Below are positions 14,815 through 30,329 of a stretch of 64,000 nt of DNA, piece after piece (positions within the stretch are counted from its first letter, which is position 1; each line of letters begins with the position of its first letter). Both the position numbers and the translations under genes were made by a program. Under the pieces are notes generated by a model, which saw only the letters and a program-made list of their open reading frames with translations, had not been told where the DNA came from and searched no databases. This DNA is from Eledone cirrhosa (lineage: Eukaryota), in NCBI GenBank assembly GCA_964016885.1, contig OZ024756.1, positions 26,970,001 through 27,034,000 on the forward strand, written 5' to 3'.

Positions 14815-15330
14815 TGATATATTTATAAATCTACTATTCGTTCCTTATATTGAGTACTATAGCCACATCTGTTCTGGTCTGGTTTGGTGTTTCAGGCATG
14901 CACCTTGAGAGTCTAGATAAGATTCAAAGAAGAATTGTCAACCTTATTGGTCATGACTTATCATGTCAGCTTCAATCACTATCATACAACCAAAATGTTG
15001 CCCCACTTTACCCTTTTTTAAATAAATATTAGTATGAAGGAGCTGTTCTGATGAGCTTTTCTCAATTTTCCTTGAATTCACAAGTTTAAACGGAGTACCA
15101 GATTAGCAGCGAGATCTCGTACATTTACAGTTGAAATTTCTAAATGCAATCACATATTCTATTATAACTTTTCTCTATTTCAAATTTCTAAATGCAATCG
15201 CATAGTCTATTCTGAAAGTTTCTTTCCTTGTACATGACGCTCATGTAATTCTCATCCGGATTCTTACTTTCCTCACATCTAACTATAATTTGTAAAAACC
15301 CCAAAACAACATCAATCGTCATTTTCTCTT
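14815..15330 (+). mobile_element. Decayed non-LTR retrotransposon 3' ORF (CR1/L2/Jockey group)
   Basis: YKSTIRSLIEY...LDKIQRRIVNLIG...LQSLSYNQNVA...SESFFP, with stops and frameshifts. Confidence 0.7.
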
Positions 15331-15412
15331 TCAAGGAATTATGTCCTCGCAGTCTTGTCCTTCTTCATTCTCAGCAACCTCTTCTCATTTTCGTGGCTTT
15401 ATTCTCATATCG

Positions 15413-15910
<498 letters not shown>

Positions 15911-15962
15911 TATATATATATATATATTATATATTATAATTATATATATATATATATATATA

Positions 15963-16005
<43 letters not shown>

Positions 16006-16009
16006 TATA

Positions 16010-16072
16010 TATCTGATGAACGATCCAGACGTATGTTAATATTGTCTAGAGTCTTGAAACCTTTGGTAATGG
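16010..16072 (+). ncRNA. Type I hammerhead ribozyme motif
   Basis: at-CTGATGA...agac/gtct stem...GAA-ACC-ttt-GGT-A-at; begins directly at a (TA)n tract. Confidence 0.65.
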
Positions 16073-16101
16073 AGTAGTGATATATTGTGTCGTTCACTTT
16101 C

Positions 16102-16183
<82 letters not shown>

Positions 16184-16263
16184 GAGTCAGGACCCCGACG
16201 GCTGAGCTAGCTGTCGAAACGGCCGGAGCTCAGCCGTCGGGGTTGTTCACTTTCTAATTAAAT

Positions 16264-16318
<55 letters not shown>

Positions 16319-16385
16319 TATATTTGTATGTATATATATATACAAGTATGTATGTATATATATATACACACACATATATGCGAGC

Positions 16386-16429
<44 letters not shown>

Positions 16430-16445
16430 CTGTGTGTCTGTGTGC

Positions 16446-16495
<50 letters not shown>

Positions 16496-16575
16496 CTGTG
16501 TGTGTGTGCGTGTGTGTGTGTGTGTGTCTGTGTGCGTCTGTGCGTATGTGTGTGTGTGCGTATGTGCGTATGTGC

Positions 16576-16614
<39 letters not shown>

Positions 16615-16670
16615 TATGTGTGTGTGTGTGTGTGTGTGTGTCTGTGTATGTGTGTCTGTGTGTGTGTCTC

Positions 16671-16702
<32 letters not shown>

Positions 16703-17024
16703 TATGTGTGTGTGTGTGTGTGTGTCTGTGTGTGTGTGTGTATACAAGTCATTGATGTCTTCACATATTTGCTTTTAAGTTCTTTACAATATGTTTAGGA
16801 CTCTGTAATATTAAAGAAACAATAAAGATATCTAAAGAATTCTTAGGGAAATATGGAAATGGCTGTTATACTGATAACACTAGATTGTAGTGTTTTTATT
16901 ACATGTTATAACACTGGCTGTTTCAGACACACACACACATAAGCACACACACATACACACACACAAACACATGCACACCACACATATGTTTACACACACA
17001 CACATATATATATATATTTATATT

Positions 17025-17134
<110 letters not shown>

Positions 17135-17225
17135 TATATATATATATTAGAATTGGTGCTCTATATATATACATTCATATATATATATATATATACATTC
17201 ATATATATATATATATATATATACA

Positions 17226-17302
<77 letters not shown>

Positions 17303-17515
17303 TATACACATATAATACATATATGAATACATATGAATACATACATACATACATACATATATATTTATATATATATATATATATATATATGAATACATAT
17401 GTATAAATATATATGGGTATGTATGTGTATACATATATTTATATATATATATACACACACACATAGACACTCACAGATACAAACACAGGCACAAACACAG
17501 ACACAAACACAGACA

Positions 17516-17631
<116 letters not shown>

Positions 17632-17971
17632 GGTTTGTTATGTTTGCTCGTAACACATGTTTTCAATGTTGCACGGAAGCTCTCTTGACAATATAGAATA
17701 GAAGACAGTTCCTTCCAACACAGCCAACAGACAGACATATGTTTCTACCGAAAAATCTATGCCATATTTCATTCATACAACCTTTCAAAACAGAATAACT
17801 ACTTGGGGTTGCATTATAAAAGTAATTTTTTACATTAAGTACAACGATACCCTACTGCCCAGGGGATTCATTTTATATTGTTGCGTATGATGTTTCTGAT
17901 GTTCTCTCCGTGTGATTTTCCTTCTCTACTGCTCTTTTCCCTGGTTTCTTTTGTATTTTCTTTGTTTTTAA

Positions 17972-18073
<102 letters not shown>

Positions 18074-18259
18074 TTGTAGAAATTGTAGAAAAAAAACAAC
18101 AAGTTTCTACAAATTTCATACTTGACGACCCGATGTTTAATATATACACAATATAAAACAATCAAATTTTTTGCTTAATGCATTTAATTGCTGACGATCA
18201 TATATATATATATATATCTCTGAAAAGGAGGTCATATAACTGTCCATTCATTAATAAAT

Positions 18260-18306
18260 TGCTCCGAAGAATCCAAACCTCGGTTTGGAGGAAACAGCTG
18301 TAAGCA
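18260..18306 (+). ncRNA. Type I hammerhead motif with CCGAAGA core variant
   Basis: tgct-CCGAAGA-a-tccaaacc-tc-ggtttgga-g-GAA-ACAGCTGT-A-agca; all three stems pair. Confidence 0.75.
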
Positions 18307-18337
18307 CAATAATGTTTTGAACAGTTCTTTGATTCTT

Positions 18338-18676
<339 letters not shown>

Positions 18677-18751
18677 TAAATTTTGCTCTGGTACTTACAT
18701 AGAGCACTCTTCACTCCTATGACTTTTTCAATTCCAACGGAAACTTCATTA

Positions 18752-18814
<63 letters not shown>

Positions 18815-19037
18815 TACAGTATAATATATATATATATATATAGTAATATATATATATATATATATATATAACTGTTAGTGTTTTCTTTTTTAAAATACTA
18901 CAATATAATTTTCTTGTTCTATGAACGATGGAAGAAATGAAATATGTAATAAATGTATGTAGAACTGTATGTATAAAGATCAGTGACAAACCCCTCGTCT
19001 GGGATCCCACTAGGTCACGTGCCTCCACTATATATAT

Positions 19038-19200
19038 ATGGACACACTAGAAGAGGAAGACCAAGGTTAACGTATGTTGATGCCCTAAGGGCAGACACTG
19101 GTCTGTTGGAGACGCAGGACATGGCAGCGATAATGAGGGACAGAGACCGCTGGAGAGAACTCGTTCATGGATCTCGGGAATTTTACCCGCCTTAGATAGA
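19038..19200 (+). mobile_element. RTE-clade LINE 3' end with (TAGA)n tail
   Basis: GHTRRGRPRLTYVDALRADTG...MRDRDRWRELV; homologues at 19813 and 31836. Confidence 0.8.
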
Positions 19201-19202
19201 TA

Positions 19203-19284
<82 letters not shown>

Positions 19285-19328
19285 ATAAGAAACGGAGAAT
19301 CAGTGGTGTGACGAATTAGAATTTATTA

Positions 19329-19423
19329 GACATATTACAATCGTTTCTCTGGCGACTAGCTAGAGGTACGATCGATGCGAGGATCGAACCTGACTCTGAA
19401 ATAGCAAGTTCTTCAGATACGTC
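19329..19423 (-). ncRNA. Type I hammerhead ribozyme motif
   Basis: gacgtat-CTGAAGA...GAA-ACGATTGT-A-atatgtc followed by AATAAA; diverged homologue of 10341-10435. Confidence 0.7.
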
Positions 19424-19591
19424 TTTATCCCTCGAAGCAGAATTTCCAAATGTCCTGTTTAAAAACATATATATATATAAAGTAGAATCGAAGTCAGTGT
19501 ATGCCCAGCATATGTACAAACTTTATTGTCATATTAGAATTGTTTCGATATGGATCAACTGAGGGTACAATCAAAATGACGGGGCCCGACA

Positions 19592-19730
<139 letters not shown>

Positions 19731-19812
19731 GGATATATGGCGTGAGAGTTAGTAGGAAAAGAGACTTGTAGTGTTGTGTGATTTAACGAAAGAAAAAGGT
19801 CATGCATAAACC

Positions 19813-20110
19813 ATCTATCTATCTAGGACGGGATAAAATTCCCGAGATCCATGGTCGAATTCTCTCCAGGGTCTTTGTCCCTCATCATCGCTGCCATGTC
19901 CTGCGTCTCCAAGAGACCGGTGTCTGTCCTTAGGGCATCAACATATATCAACCTCGGTCTCCCTCTTCTAGTGTGTCCGTGCAGGGGATCTTACAAGACC
20001 ACTGAGGGCAGCGTCAACTCTGGATGTCGGTGAGCATGTCCAACTAACCTCAGTCTCCTCTGTGCTACTTGTGCTACTTTCGAGCTGACTTTTGGGAGGC
20101 ATTATAGAAG
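19813..20110 (-). mobile_element. RTE-clade LINE 3' fragment
   Basis: Reverse-complement homologue of 19038-19200, extending to LPKVSS...QRRLRL. Confidence 0.8.
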
Positions 20111-20275
20111 ATTATGATATATACAGACATACAAACAAACATACAGAAATTTAGAGTCACAGACACCCAGAATTGTTTTATCTTAGAATTAATTTTTTTC
20201 AACACGCTGACGCCTACTTGTGTATGTGTGTGTGTGTATGTGTATATGCATACATTTATATGTATAAGTATATTA

Positions 20276-20921
20276 GGTGGATTGGCAGTATCGGTAGAGG
20301 GTCGGACGCCATGCTTTCAAGCATAGTTACGTCCCTTTACGATCTGAGTTCAAATCCCGCCAAGGTTGACTTTGCCTTTCATCCTTACGGGGGTCGATAA
20401 AATAAAGTACCAGTAATGCACTGGGTAATTGCTGGCCTTGTGCCTAAAGTAGAAACAAGTATATTATTATTATATGGTGGATTGGCAGTATCGGTAGAGG
20501 GTCTGACGCCATGCTTTCAAGCATAGTTACGTCCCTTTACGAACTGAGTTCAAATCCCGCCGAGGTTAACTTTGCCTTTCATCCTTACGGGGTCGATAAA
20601 ATAAAGTACCAGTAATGTACTGGGTAATTGCTGGCCTTGTGCCAAAAGTAGAAACAATTATTATATTACATTCAAAGTAAAGGATGTCATGAATGATACA
20701 AAATCAAACATGTCTTGTTTCTAAAAACAGCTCAAGATACTAAAATCGAGTCTTAATCATTATAAGAAAGTTAATTGTTTCTACTTTTGGCACAAGGCCA
20801 TCAATTATCCAGTACATTACTGGTACTTTATTTTATCGACCCCGTAAGGATGAAAGGCAAAGTTAACCTCGGCGGGATTTGAACTCAGACCGCAAAGGGA
20901 CGTAACTATGCTGGAAAGCAT
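20276..20921. mobile_element. SINE cluster: two tandem + copies (20276-20460, 20475-20660) and one - copy (20772-20921)
   Basis: All match the SINE at 9279. Confidence 0.85.
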
Positions 20922-21938
20922 TTATAAGAAAGTTAATGAAATATATCCATACACACTTTAGCGTGCATTAAGATATATCAAAGCTTCAAAACTAGAGACA
21001 GTCTGCACTGAATGTAAGATTACATAATTCGTAGAGTATCGTATTAAAATTAATAAAAATATTAAAACAAAATACCTGATATTGATCAATAAATATAAAC
21101 GTGCAAACACAGACACACTTACAAAAATACACACTCACTGACATACATTCACACAAACACACACACATACATTCACACATTCACACACATAGATACATTT
21201 AAACAAACACACAAATACGCATACATTCACGCAAACACAAATACGCATACATTCACACAAACACACACATACATTCAAACACATAGATACATTTACACAA
21301 ACATACAAATACACATACATTCACACAAACACAAATACGCATACATTCACACAAACACACACATACATTCAAACACATAGATACATTTACACAAACATAC
21401 AAATACACATACATTCACACAAACACATACATACACATACATTCACACAAAAACACACATACATACATTCACACAAACACACACATACATTCACACAGCG
21501 TAGCAAATGAGACGCCAGACGCAGTTTTTTTTTGCGATAGTTATTTCACCATCTCCTTCCTTCCTTTTACACACACACACGCACACATTGTGTGACGGAC
21601 AGACGGAAGTCGCTCAAATTTATGTAGAGATTTCTTCAAGTGTAAACGCCCAGTATAAGGTAACAATTACCATAGCTATCACAAGAGGAAAAGAGATTGT
21701 CAGTATTAACAGTTGTTTTTTTTAATTGTCTAATCCTATGTTAGCCGTTATTCAGCAGACATATAGTCAAAGGCGTTCCGGTCGAGCCCATCCTGTCTTT
21801 TGGTATGCCAGGAAATCTCACATACTCACTATATATATATCTCTCTCTCTCTCTCTCGCTCTACGGTTCTTATATATTTGATATATATTTATCCTTATCG
21901 AGCCCTCTTTGGATTTTAGTCTTCAAATTTATTATTAT

Positions 21939-21967
<29 letters not shown>

Positions 21968-21969
<2 letters not shown>

Positions 21970-22127
21970 ACGAAGGAAATGTGGTAAGGAACCAGGTGGA
22001 CCATAACGCACCAAAGTACTCAATACTTGAGGTAGTAGAGTGGGTAATAGGAACCAGTAAGACCCCGACAGCTGAGCTCAAGCCGTTTCGAAACGGCTTG
22101 AGCTCAGCTGTCGGGGTCTTACTGGTT

Positions 22128-22131
<4 letters not shown>
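21968..22131. mobile_element. Family A palindromic insertion
   Basis: Inversion centred on gtttcgaaac; flanked by (TA)n. Confidence 0.85.
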
Positions 22132-22223
<92 letters not shown>

Positions 22224-22464
22224 CATACATACACACACACACATTTATATATACACATACATACACACATATACATACACACGTTTAAATATACACATAC
22301 ATACATGATGGCTGCCTCTCGTTATCGAGTATGGCCATTGCACGGAAAAAATTAATAATAATGGTAATAATAATAATAATATATATATATATACACATAC
22401 ACACACACACGCACACACTCACACATACATATATACACATATATATATTAACAATTAACGGTGC

Positions 22465-22920
22465 AGCGATCGAATGTGGCTTTTTAGCCCAGCCAATCAT
22501 CTAAAACGTCTTGCACAGAGTTGGCAACCGAAACATTCACTGGGAATAGCCTGCTGTGGTTGGAGTTCATGTACTTTTGCATGTCATTCGAACCCTCCTG
22601 CTGATTTACACTCTCTTCCATATGCTTGACAAGTATGATGAGTAGCATCTTCGACAGCAGCCTGGTAGTCAACCACTAGTCTCACTTTATGACTGCCAAG
22701 ATGACTTTAGAGTCCAGCTTTGCTGAGGCAGAGTCTCGCACAGACGCTGCATGTCAGCGCCATAGGAAGACCTTTGCTGTTTGGAAATGCAACAGCAATG
22801 CTTTTCCTCACATCCCTCTTTACTTTCTCGTATGCGATTCGAGATGCTTCAAAGGCAACTTTCCTCTTATGTACAGTCTTTCTCCATTTATTACGATCAG
22901 CAGCTACGCTTTCCCATGTA
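22465..22920 (-). mobile_element. RTE (BovB-like) LINE C-terminus with tandem C2H2-like zinc fingers, decayed
   Basis: WESVAADRNKWRKTVH...TCSVCARLCLSKAGL*SH...TCQAYGRECKSAGGFE*HAKVH...GCQLCK. Confidence 0.7.
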
Positions 22921-23420
22921 CATTACATACAAAACATACATACATACATACATACATACATACATACATACATACATACAAAACATACATACATACATAC
23001 ATACATACATACATACATACATACTTACATTCATGCATACATACATACATACATGCATACATACTTACATTCATGAATACATACATACATACATGCATAC
23101 ATACATGCATGCATACATACATACATATATACATACATGCATACATACATACATGCTACATGCATACATACATACATACATACATACATACATACATACA
23201 TACATACATACACATATATATACGTACACATATATATATATATACACACACACATTTATAAGTATGTGTGTGTGTACCTGCGCTCGTGTATGTGTGAATG
23301 GTAGAACACCTGGATTTCAATTCCTTCTGACGTAGCATCGATGGAAAGTGTTCTTTGACAGACTGTAAACATATGGCACACAGAATATATATACACATAT
23401 ACAGACACACACACACACAC

Positions 23421-23461
<41 letters not shown>

Positions 23462-23528
23462 GACACAGACAGACACACACATGCACACACACACATGCAC
23501 ACACACACATATATATATATATATACAG

Positions 23529-23642
<114 letters not shown>

Positions 23643-23718
23643 TGAGCGGAACAAGCAAGCATTAAACAATCTTTTAAATAAATTAAAATACGATTCAAAT
23701 ATTCACCTGTTCAAAATG

Positions 23719-23795
23719 CTGTTACCGACGGTTTCGCTTCACAAAAGATTGGAAATTCAGAGAATTTCCAATGGAAAGATCAGCTCTTCAGACAG
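23719..23795 (-). ncRNA. Type I hammerhead ribozyme motif
   Basis: ctgt-CTGAAGA-gct...agc-GAA-ACC-gtc-GGT-A-acag. Element end at 23638-23700; related copies at 24175-24207 and 52090-52235. Confidence 0.8.
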
Positions 23796-24205
23796 TTATT
23801 TCCATTTACCAGCTCTTCAGACAGTTATTTCCATTTACCAGCTCTTCAGACAGCTATTTCCATTCTATAGGGCATAAAGCCGCACAGTTTGTAAATATAT
23901 CGCTTACTGCCCGATGTATGAGGTCAGGCCGTTAAAGTGACCCACACATAAACAGGCCGTTAGTAAAAGCGGGATTATTATAGTCTTGTTGTCTGTCACG
24001 CTACTAAAAAAAATAGCAGCAAGATACAACATTTTCTTCTCTACACAGAGGGAGAATATACATAAAATGCGATTAATATACCCACAGGTTCTAAGTACCT
24101 ACGGAAATATATAGGGTGTCTATGATACAATTGTTGTTCAATGGTACTAATTTGAGATACCAGAACTATAAAAATGAGATGAGCGGAACAAGCAAGCATT
24201 AAACA

Positions 24206-24236
<31 letters not shown>

Positions 24237-24355
24237 TATAAGCGAGGATGTGTGTCTGTGGACAACTTTGGACAGCTAAGGCTTTTACAATTCCCAACCG
24301 CTCTCTTCTATACATAGAGCACTCTTTTTTCCTTTGCTTTTTCTTCGGAAATACT

Positions 24356-24404
<49 letters not shown>

Positions 24405-24522
24405 TATATATATATATATATATATAACAGACGCAGGCACCCAGAGACACACAGGTAAACAGACATAAACATATGTTATTTAAGCTGGGGTAGGTTTATG
24501 TTATAATGCTATGTTTGAGATC

Positions 24523-24584
<62 letters not shown>

Positions 24585-24668
24585 CTCTCTTTCTCTCTCT
24601 CTCACACAACGATGGTACAACACAACTCTTTCTTCTGCTGACGATCCATTTGTCTAGATTTAGTGTGG

Positions 24669-24750
<82 letters not shown>

Positions 24751-24884
24751 GACACACATACACAGACGCCACACGCATACACACACATACACATTCATAC
24801 ATACATACATACACGCGCACAAAAACGCACGTACACACAAACGCACATACACACACACGTACATGCACACAAATGTACACACAC

Positions 24885-24915
<31 letters not shown>

Positions 24916-25502
24916 AACGCATGCACACAAACTTGCGCACGCACTCACATGCATGTACACACATGTAGACACATGCACGCAGGCACACACACACGCACAC
25001 AGCCACACACTCCCCTACACACACATATACACATCATCCTGACTATTTATGACAGTCATGGGCCACCTGCGGCCTGCGAAGCTCTCTGAATGGCTCGCCT
25101 AAGTCAACTAAGTGAAATCTTTCTTATTTTTTTACCTCAACTTTTCAGTCGTAATTTATCTTTCTATTATTTTTACGATCGAGGAAAACAACGTGTACGA
25201 ATTCTGAAGAAACAAATCAAAACAACCTGAGTTACCGCCCTTTTGTTTTTAATGTGGGCACGAATGTAAATTTCGTTTCTGAATTTGTTTAGCAAGATTC
25301 TTTATCTGAAAACGTGTGTTGAAACCGATATTGTTATACTTTGGGCGGGTCATGTTTCCAATAAGAAACACACGCACCAGTTACTTTCACTCCAATTTAT
25401 TATAAATTAAAAAAATTTTTTTTTTTTTTTTTTTCAAAAAAATTTATAAAATTCCGGTTGGTTGGTTGGTTGGTTCCACAACCGGACGGTTGTTCATATA
25501 TT

Positions 25503-25545
25503 GTCAAAGTTCTTTCGTCACACATTATGTGACCTCTTCAGTGAC
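25503..25545 (-). ncRNA. Compact hammerhead ribozyme motif
   Basis: gtca-CTGAAGA-g-gtcaca-taatg-tgtgac-GAA-AGaaCT-T-tgac; homologue at 54247-54285. Sits between inverted repeats 25437-25481 and 25606-25647. Confidence 0.75.
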
Positions 25546-25697
25546 TGGGGATTCTTTTCTTTGTTTTGTGCCTCTGCTTTGTTCTGTCCTACGCCATCTT
25601 GTTTTTGTGGAACCAACCAACCAACCGGAAATTTATAAATTTTTTTGAACAACTTATTTAATTGGCCTCAGCCGGATGGCTGAAACAGGTAAAAGAG

Positions 25698-25759
<62 letters not shown>

Positions 25760-26395
25760 GTTTAGACGAGTTGATAACACAACCATATAAGGCAAAGAAT
25801 AATTCAAAGCTCAAATGTAATTTTATAATCCACAGCAAGATAGGTTTTAATGTAATTTAATCCTGGTTATTTTATTCTTTTATATACATATACACACACA
25901 CATACATATTGAGTCGTCAAGTATGAAATTTGTAGTGAGGCATATGGTCACATGTTTCTTTTCTACAAATTTCATACTTGACGACCCAATATATATATGT
26001 ATATATATATATAAAATAAATGGAATCTGAGTTTTTCGAATATTAATAATAACATTCGATTCGCTTGCAATTATGCAAACAAGCCTCATTTTTAACGCCA
26101 TGTCAGTAGAATGAACCCTTCATTCTTGCTCTTGTTTTGGCATGTAAACAGAACTGCAGACACTAATGTTTCTGGGTATCACCCTTCATCAGTACAGCTC
26201 AATGGTAAACATTGATTGCCAAATAAATTAACTAATGGAGATATAAAAGATACAGAAGCGAAAACCAACCAAACGGTGAGTGTGTTATTATTTCTGGCAA
26301 TATTATAACAATATGACCCTACCCAAGTATAACAATATATATATATATAATAATAAAATGTGGAGAGGAAGCACACAAGTTAGGATATATATATA

Positions 26396-26689
26396 TGAAA
26401 ACAGGGAGAAAGAGACGATTATTAGAAAGAAAAAAATTTTTTTTTCCTTTTTTTGTTTTTCTTCTCTCTTTTTTTCTGGGTTAGAAAATGATTAAAACGA
26501 AATGTTTTACTTTGTGTGAAGTGTTAAGGTATTAGTTGATTTATTTATTATCTCTACTAATACCTTAACACTTCACACAAAGTAAAACATTCGTTTTAAT
26601 CATTTTCTAACCCAGAAAAAAAGAGAGAAGAAAAACAAAAAAGGAAAAAAATATATTTTTCTTCCTCATAATCGTCTCTTTCTCCCTGT

Positions 26690-26695
<6 letters not shown>
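26396..26695. mobile_element. ~145-bp-arm palindrome embedded in (TA)n
   Basis: gaaaacagggagaaagagacgattat... is mirrored as ...ataatcgtctctttctccctgttttc. Confidence 0.8.
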
Positions 26696-26754
<59 letters not shown>

Positions 26755-26932
26755 GATAACTAAAGATGTGGGTTCGACTCCCATGTACGTCAATACTAAT
26801 CTTTTTCCATTTATCTGAGGGTTCTAAACCCCATTATCAGGCTAAAATTTCTTTAGTCAAAAATACGGTGAAAGCTATTCTATTTTTTAATTTCAAACCT
26901 GCTCACTGTTTCAAAACATACTTACTTGTCAT

Positions 26933-27001
<69 letters not shown>

Positions 27002-27639
27002 AGGTTAAGAATGTTTTTGTAATATGTTTTTGTAATATGTTTTTGTAAGATGTTTTTGTAATATCTTGCCAAAGTTGGCACCAACTATAAACAAATTAAA
27101 GCCGGGTCATAAGAAGGACAGAGAATGATAAGGGATTTGGGTAAAAACATCTAAACGATGATGATGACACAAACACATATATATATACAAACACACATAT
27201 ATATATACATACAGACACACATATATATACACACATATACACACCCACACATATATATATTAAGAGAAAATAATCACACACGAAATACTAATTAACACCA
27301 TATCACTCTAGAGACCTGTTGTAAATAAACAAAGAGTGTATCGTAAATTTCATTGTAAAAAAAAAAAAAAAACACATTCACTTGTCAGAAAATCCACTTT
27401 CAATTTCGAGGACGTTATTCTTAACCTATGCCATATATATATACACACATATATACATATGTGTATATATGTATATGATTTTCCCGGAAAAAATTTCAGC
27501 ATGTTTTCTTGCTTCTGATGATGTCATCGCTAACACACTCCTTTCATTTATTCTGTTGTTGATTCATCCTTTACTTTCTTCCTTCCTTTACGTGAATCCT
27601 TCTCACTATATCATTAATTACTTTCCTTCAGATCTTTCA

Positions 27640-27641
27640 TT

Positions 27642-27701
<60 letters not shown>

Positions 27702-27703
27702 AG

Positions 27704-27750
<47 letters not shown>

Positions 27751-28419
27751 GCATCATCATCATCATCATCGTTATTACTGTGATTATCTCTTATCACCTT
27801 TCTGGCCATCATCATCATCATCACCGACATTATTATTGGCAGAAATTGGTAGAGCGTCAGACACCATGCCTTGCAGCATGGAGTTACGGCCCTTTATGTT
27901 CTGAGTTCAAATCCCGCCGAGGTTAACTTTGCCTTTCACCCTTACGGGGGTCGATAAAATGAAGTACCAGTAATACACTGGGGTAATAGCTGGCCTTGTG
28001 CCAAAAAGTAGAAATAATTATTACTAATATCGTCATGGTGATGATGATGATGATCATCATCATAATTATCATCATCGTCCTTATCGTCATAATCATCATC
28101 ACCACCACCACCATCATCACCATCATCATCATCATCATCATCGTCATAATCATCATCATCATCATCATCATCACCATCATCAACATCATCACCAGTATCA
28201 CCATCATCATCACCATCATCATCACCATCATCATCACCATCATCATCATCATCATCACCATCATCATCACCATCACCATCATCATCATCATCATCACCAC
28301 CATCATCACCATCATCATCATTATCATCGTCGTCATTATTGTGATCACTCCTTAGCATCTTTGTGGTCATCATCATCACCGACATTATCACTACTATCGC
28401 CATCATCATCATCATCATC

Positions 28420-28484
<65 letters not shown>

Positions 28485-28485
28485 A
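27640..28485. repeat. (ATC)n/(ACC)n tract interrupted by a SINE (~27835-28015)
   Basis: Directly visible. Confidence 0.9.
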
Positions 28486-28689
28486 ATTAAATCTCACTAT
28501 CAGTATGTAACTGGCACTTATTTTTTTTTATTAACGCCGGAGTGATTAAAGGCATAGACGAACCCCTAGGACCCTAGGATTCATACCCAGAACGCTAAGG
28601 GACATATCACGATGCCTATAATAACACCTTATCTATTCGGGTTTTTAAATACATTTTTTAAGAACATTCGGTGATTAACCCAGACCGAA

Positions 28690-28960
28690 GAAGGTTAACT
28701 ATCGAAATACCAGCCGCTCTCCGATAGGTTTGTAGTCGACCATGTATCCGCGAAGACTTCCGGCGTCCTTGCCCCCCCCCCCCCCCCCCCCCCGGGGCCA
28801 CCTCCCTACTCACTACTATCGAGGCAGAGTTAAAAGGAGCGAGCTCTACGAGTTGGAATGGCTATTCCGACGCGTCTCCCACGCCATCCTCTGTCTAGGG
28901 TAACATTTTTCTCCACCATTCTGTCCGCTGGGGCCACGTGGCGGCCTTCACATAGGCTCC
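28690..28960 (+). mobile_element. CRE-clade non-LTR retrotransposon 3' fragment (restriction-like endonuclease region)
   Basis: KYQPLSDRFVV...TSGVL...ATSLLTTI...LEWLFRRVS; homologous to 33400 and 44205. Confidence 0.6.
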
Positions 28961-29177
28961 CACAAGCTAGAGAACACTCACTCACCTCGCCCGGGCCCGC
29001 ATCACTGGCGTAGCGATGCTGAGTTGTAACATGTGGAATCATATGCTCTTGTTTGAACATGGACAAAGAATCAACATTTGGTTGTTGTTGTTTGCGTCTC
29101 AAAAATATTAATTTCAAGTTTAAGCACAAAGCCAATAATTCGGGAAAGATATATATATATATAGAGAGAGAGAGGGA

Positions 29178-29607
29178 GTTAGATAGATAGATATATTTCT
29201 TTATTAGCCACAAGGGCGCACAAGAAAAGGGGACAATACAAAGACATGCCGGGGATTTTACATACAGTCGTGTAAAAAATATAAAAACAAACAATTACAA
29301 CAATCGAAATCCCCAATAGGGGGGAGGCGCCACAAATGGGTTGTTTAATACCCCGTCGATAGAACAACCCCCAACTCCAGGAGCGTGTTGTACAAGTGCT
29401 CCTTTCTTCCTTTTGCTCTCTTCCTCAACCTACAGGCTTATAAACAGAGAAGGCCCAATCACTCGGGCCATTTTCGCTTCATTCACCCACCTTTCAGTAA
29501 ATTTACTGGGGTGCAGTGCTCCTCTCTCCACCCTGATTCTCCTTCTAAAGTGATACTTAAAGAAGGGAATCAATTGTTGTCCGGAGAGAAAGGCATCTGT
29601 CCTCAGG
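29178..29607 (-). mobile_element. L1/Tx1-like LINE 3' end inserted in (TAGA)n
   Basis: FLSGQQLIPFFKYHFRRRIRVERGALHPSKFTERWV-stop, 3'UTR, AATAAA; (TAGA)n on both sides. Confidence 0.65.
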
Positions 29608-29675
<68 letters not shown>

Positions 29676-30329
29676 GGGGGGGGGGGGTCGATTAAATCGA
29701 CCACAGTACTTAACAGGTACTTGATTTTTATTGACTCCCGAAAAGATGAAAGACAAAGTTGACCTGGGCGTGATTTCAACTCAAGATGTAAAGAGCCAAA
29801 ATAAATGCTGCAGAGCATTTTGTGTGACACTCTACCGATACTTGTCAATCCCGCTACTCTTGTGACTCAAACATAAAGCAATTACTTCTTTATCATTTTA
29901 GCTGTGTCAGTAAGGGCAGGTAACCTCGTGTGCTCCGGATGTCCGTCAGTTTATTCAAGTGTGTTTTAAACAAAGCATTTTTTTTACAAGGTCTTTAGTA
30001 TTTACTATTACTATTGCTTCCGAATTATTTATTTCCGTTGTAGTATATCCGATTTTTGTTCTGTTTTTAGACAATAGATTAATATACTTTTTATTAATAT
30101 ATTGTATACAGTTCACCACTCCAACCTCTAAAAACCTCAAAAAACCCAAACCCGCCTGAGAGTAAAATGTTCAACCCACGAAAGCCAAGACGATAGTGTT
30201 AAGTAAAAAGCCATTCGACAAACCGAACATGTATTTGTTGTGCTATGGTACAATGAAAGCAATAATTACAGAGCAGTAAGCATGTGGGACTGCAGTGGTG
30301 GAGAGCATGAAGGAATTTAGTTGGATACT

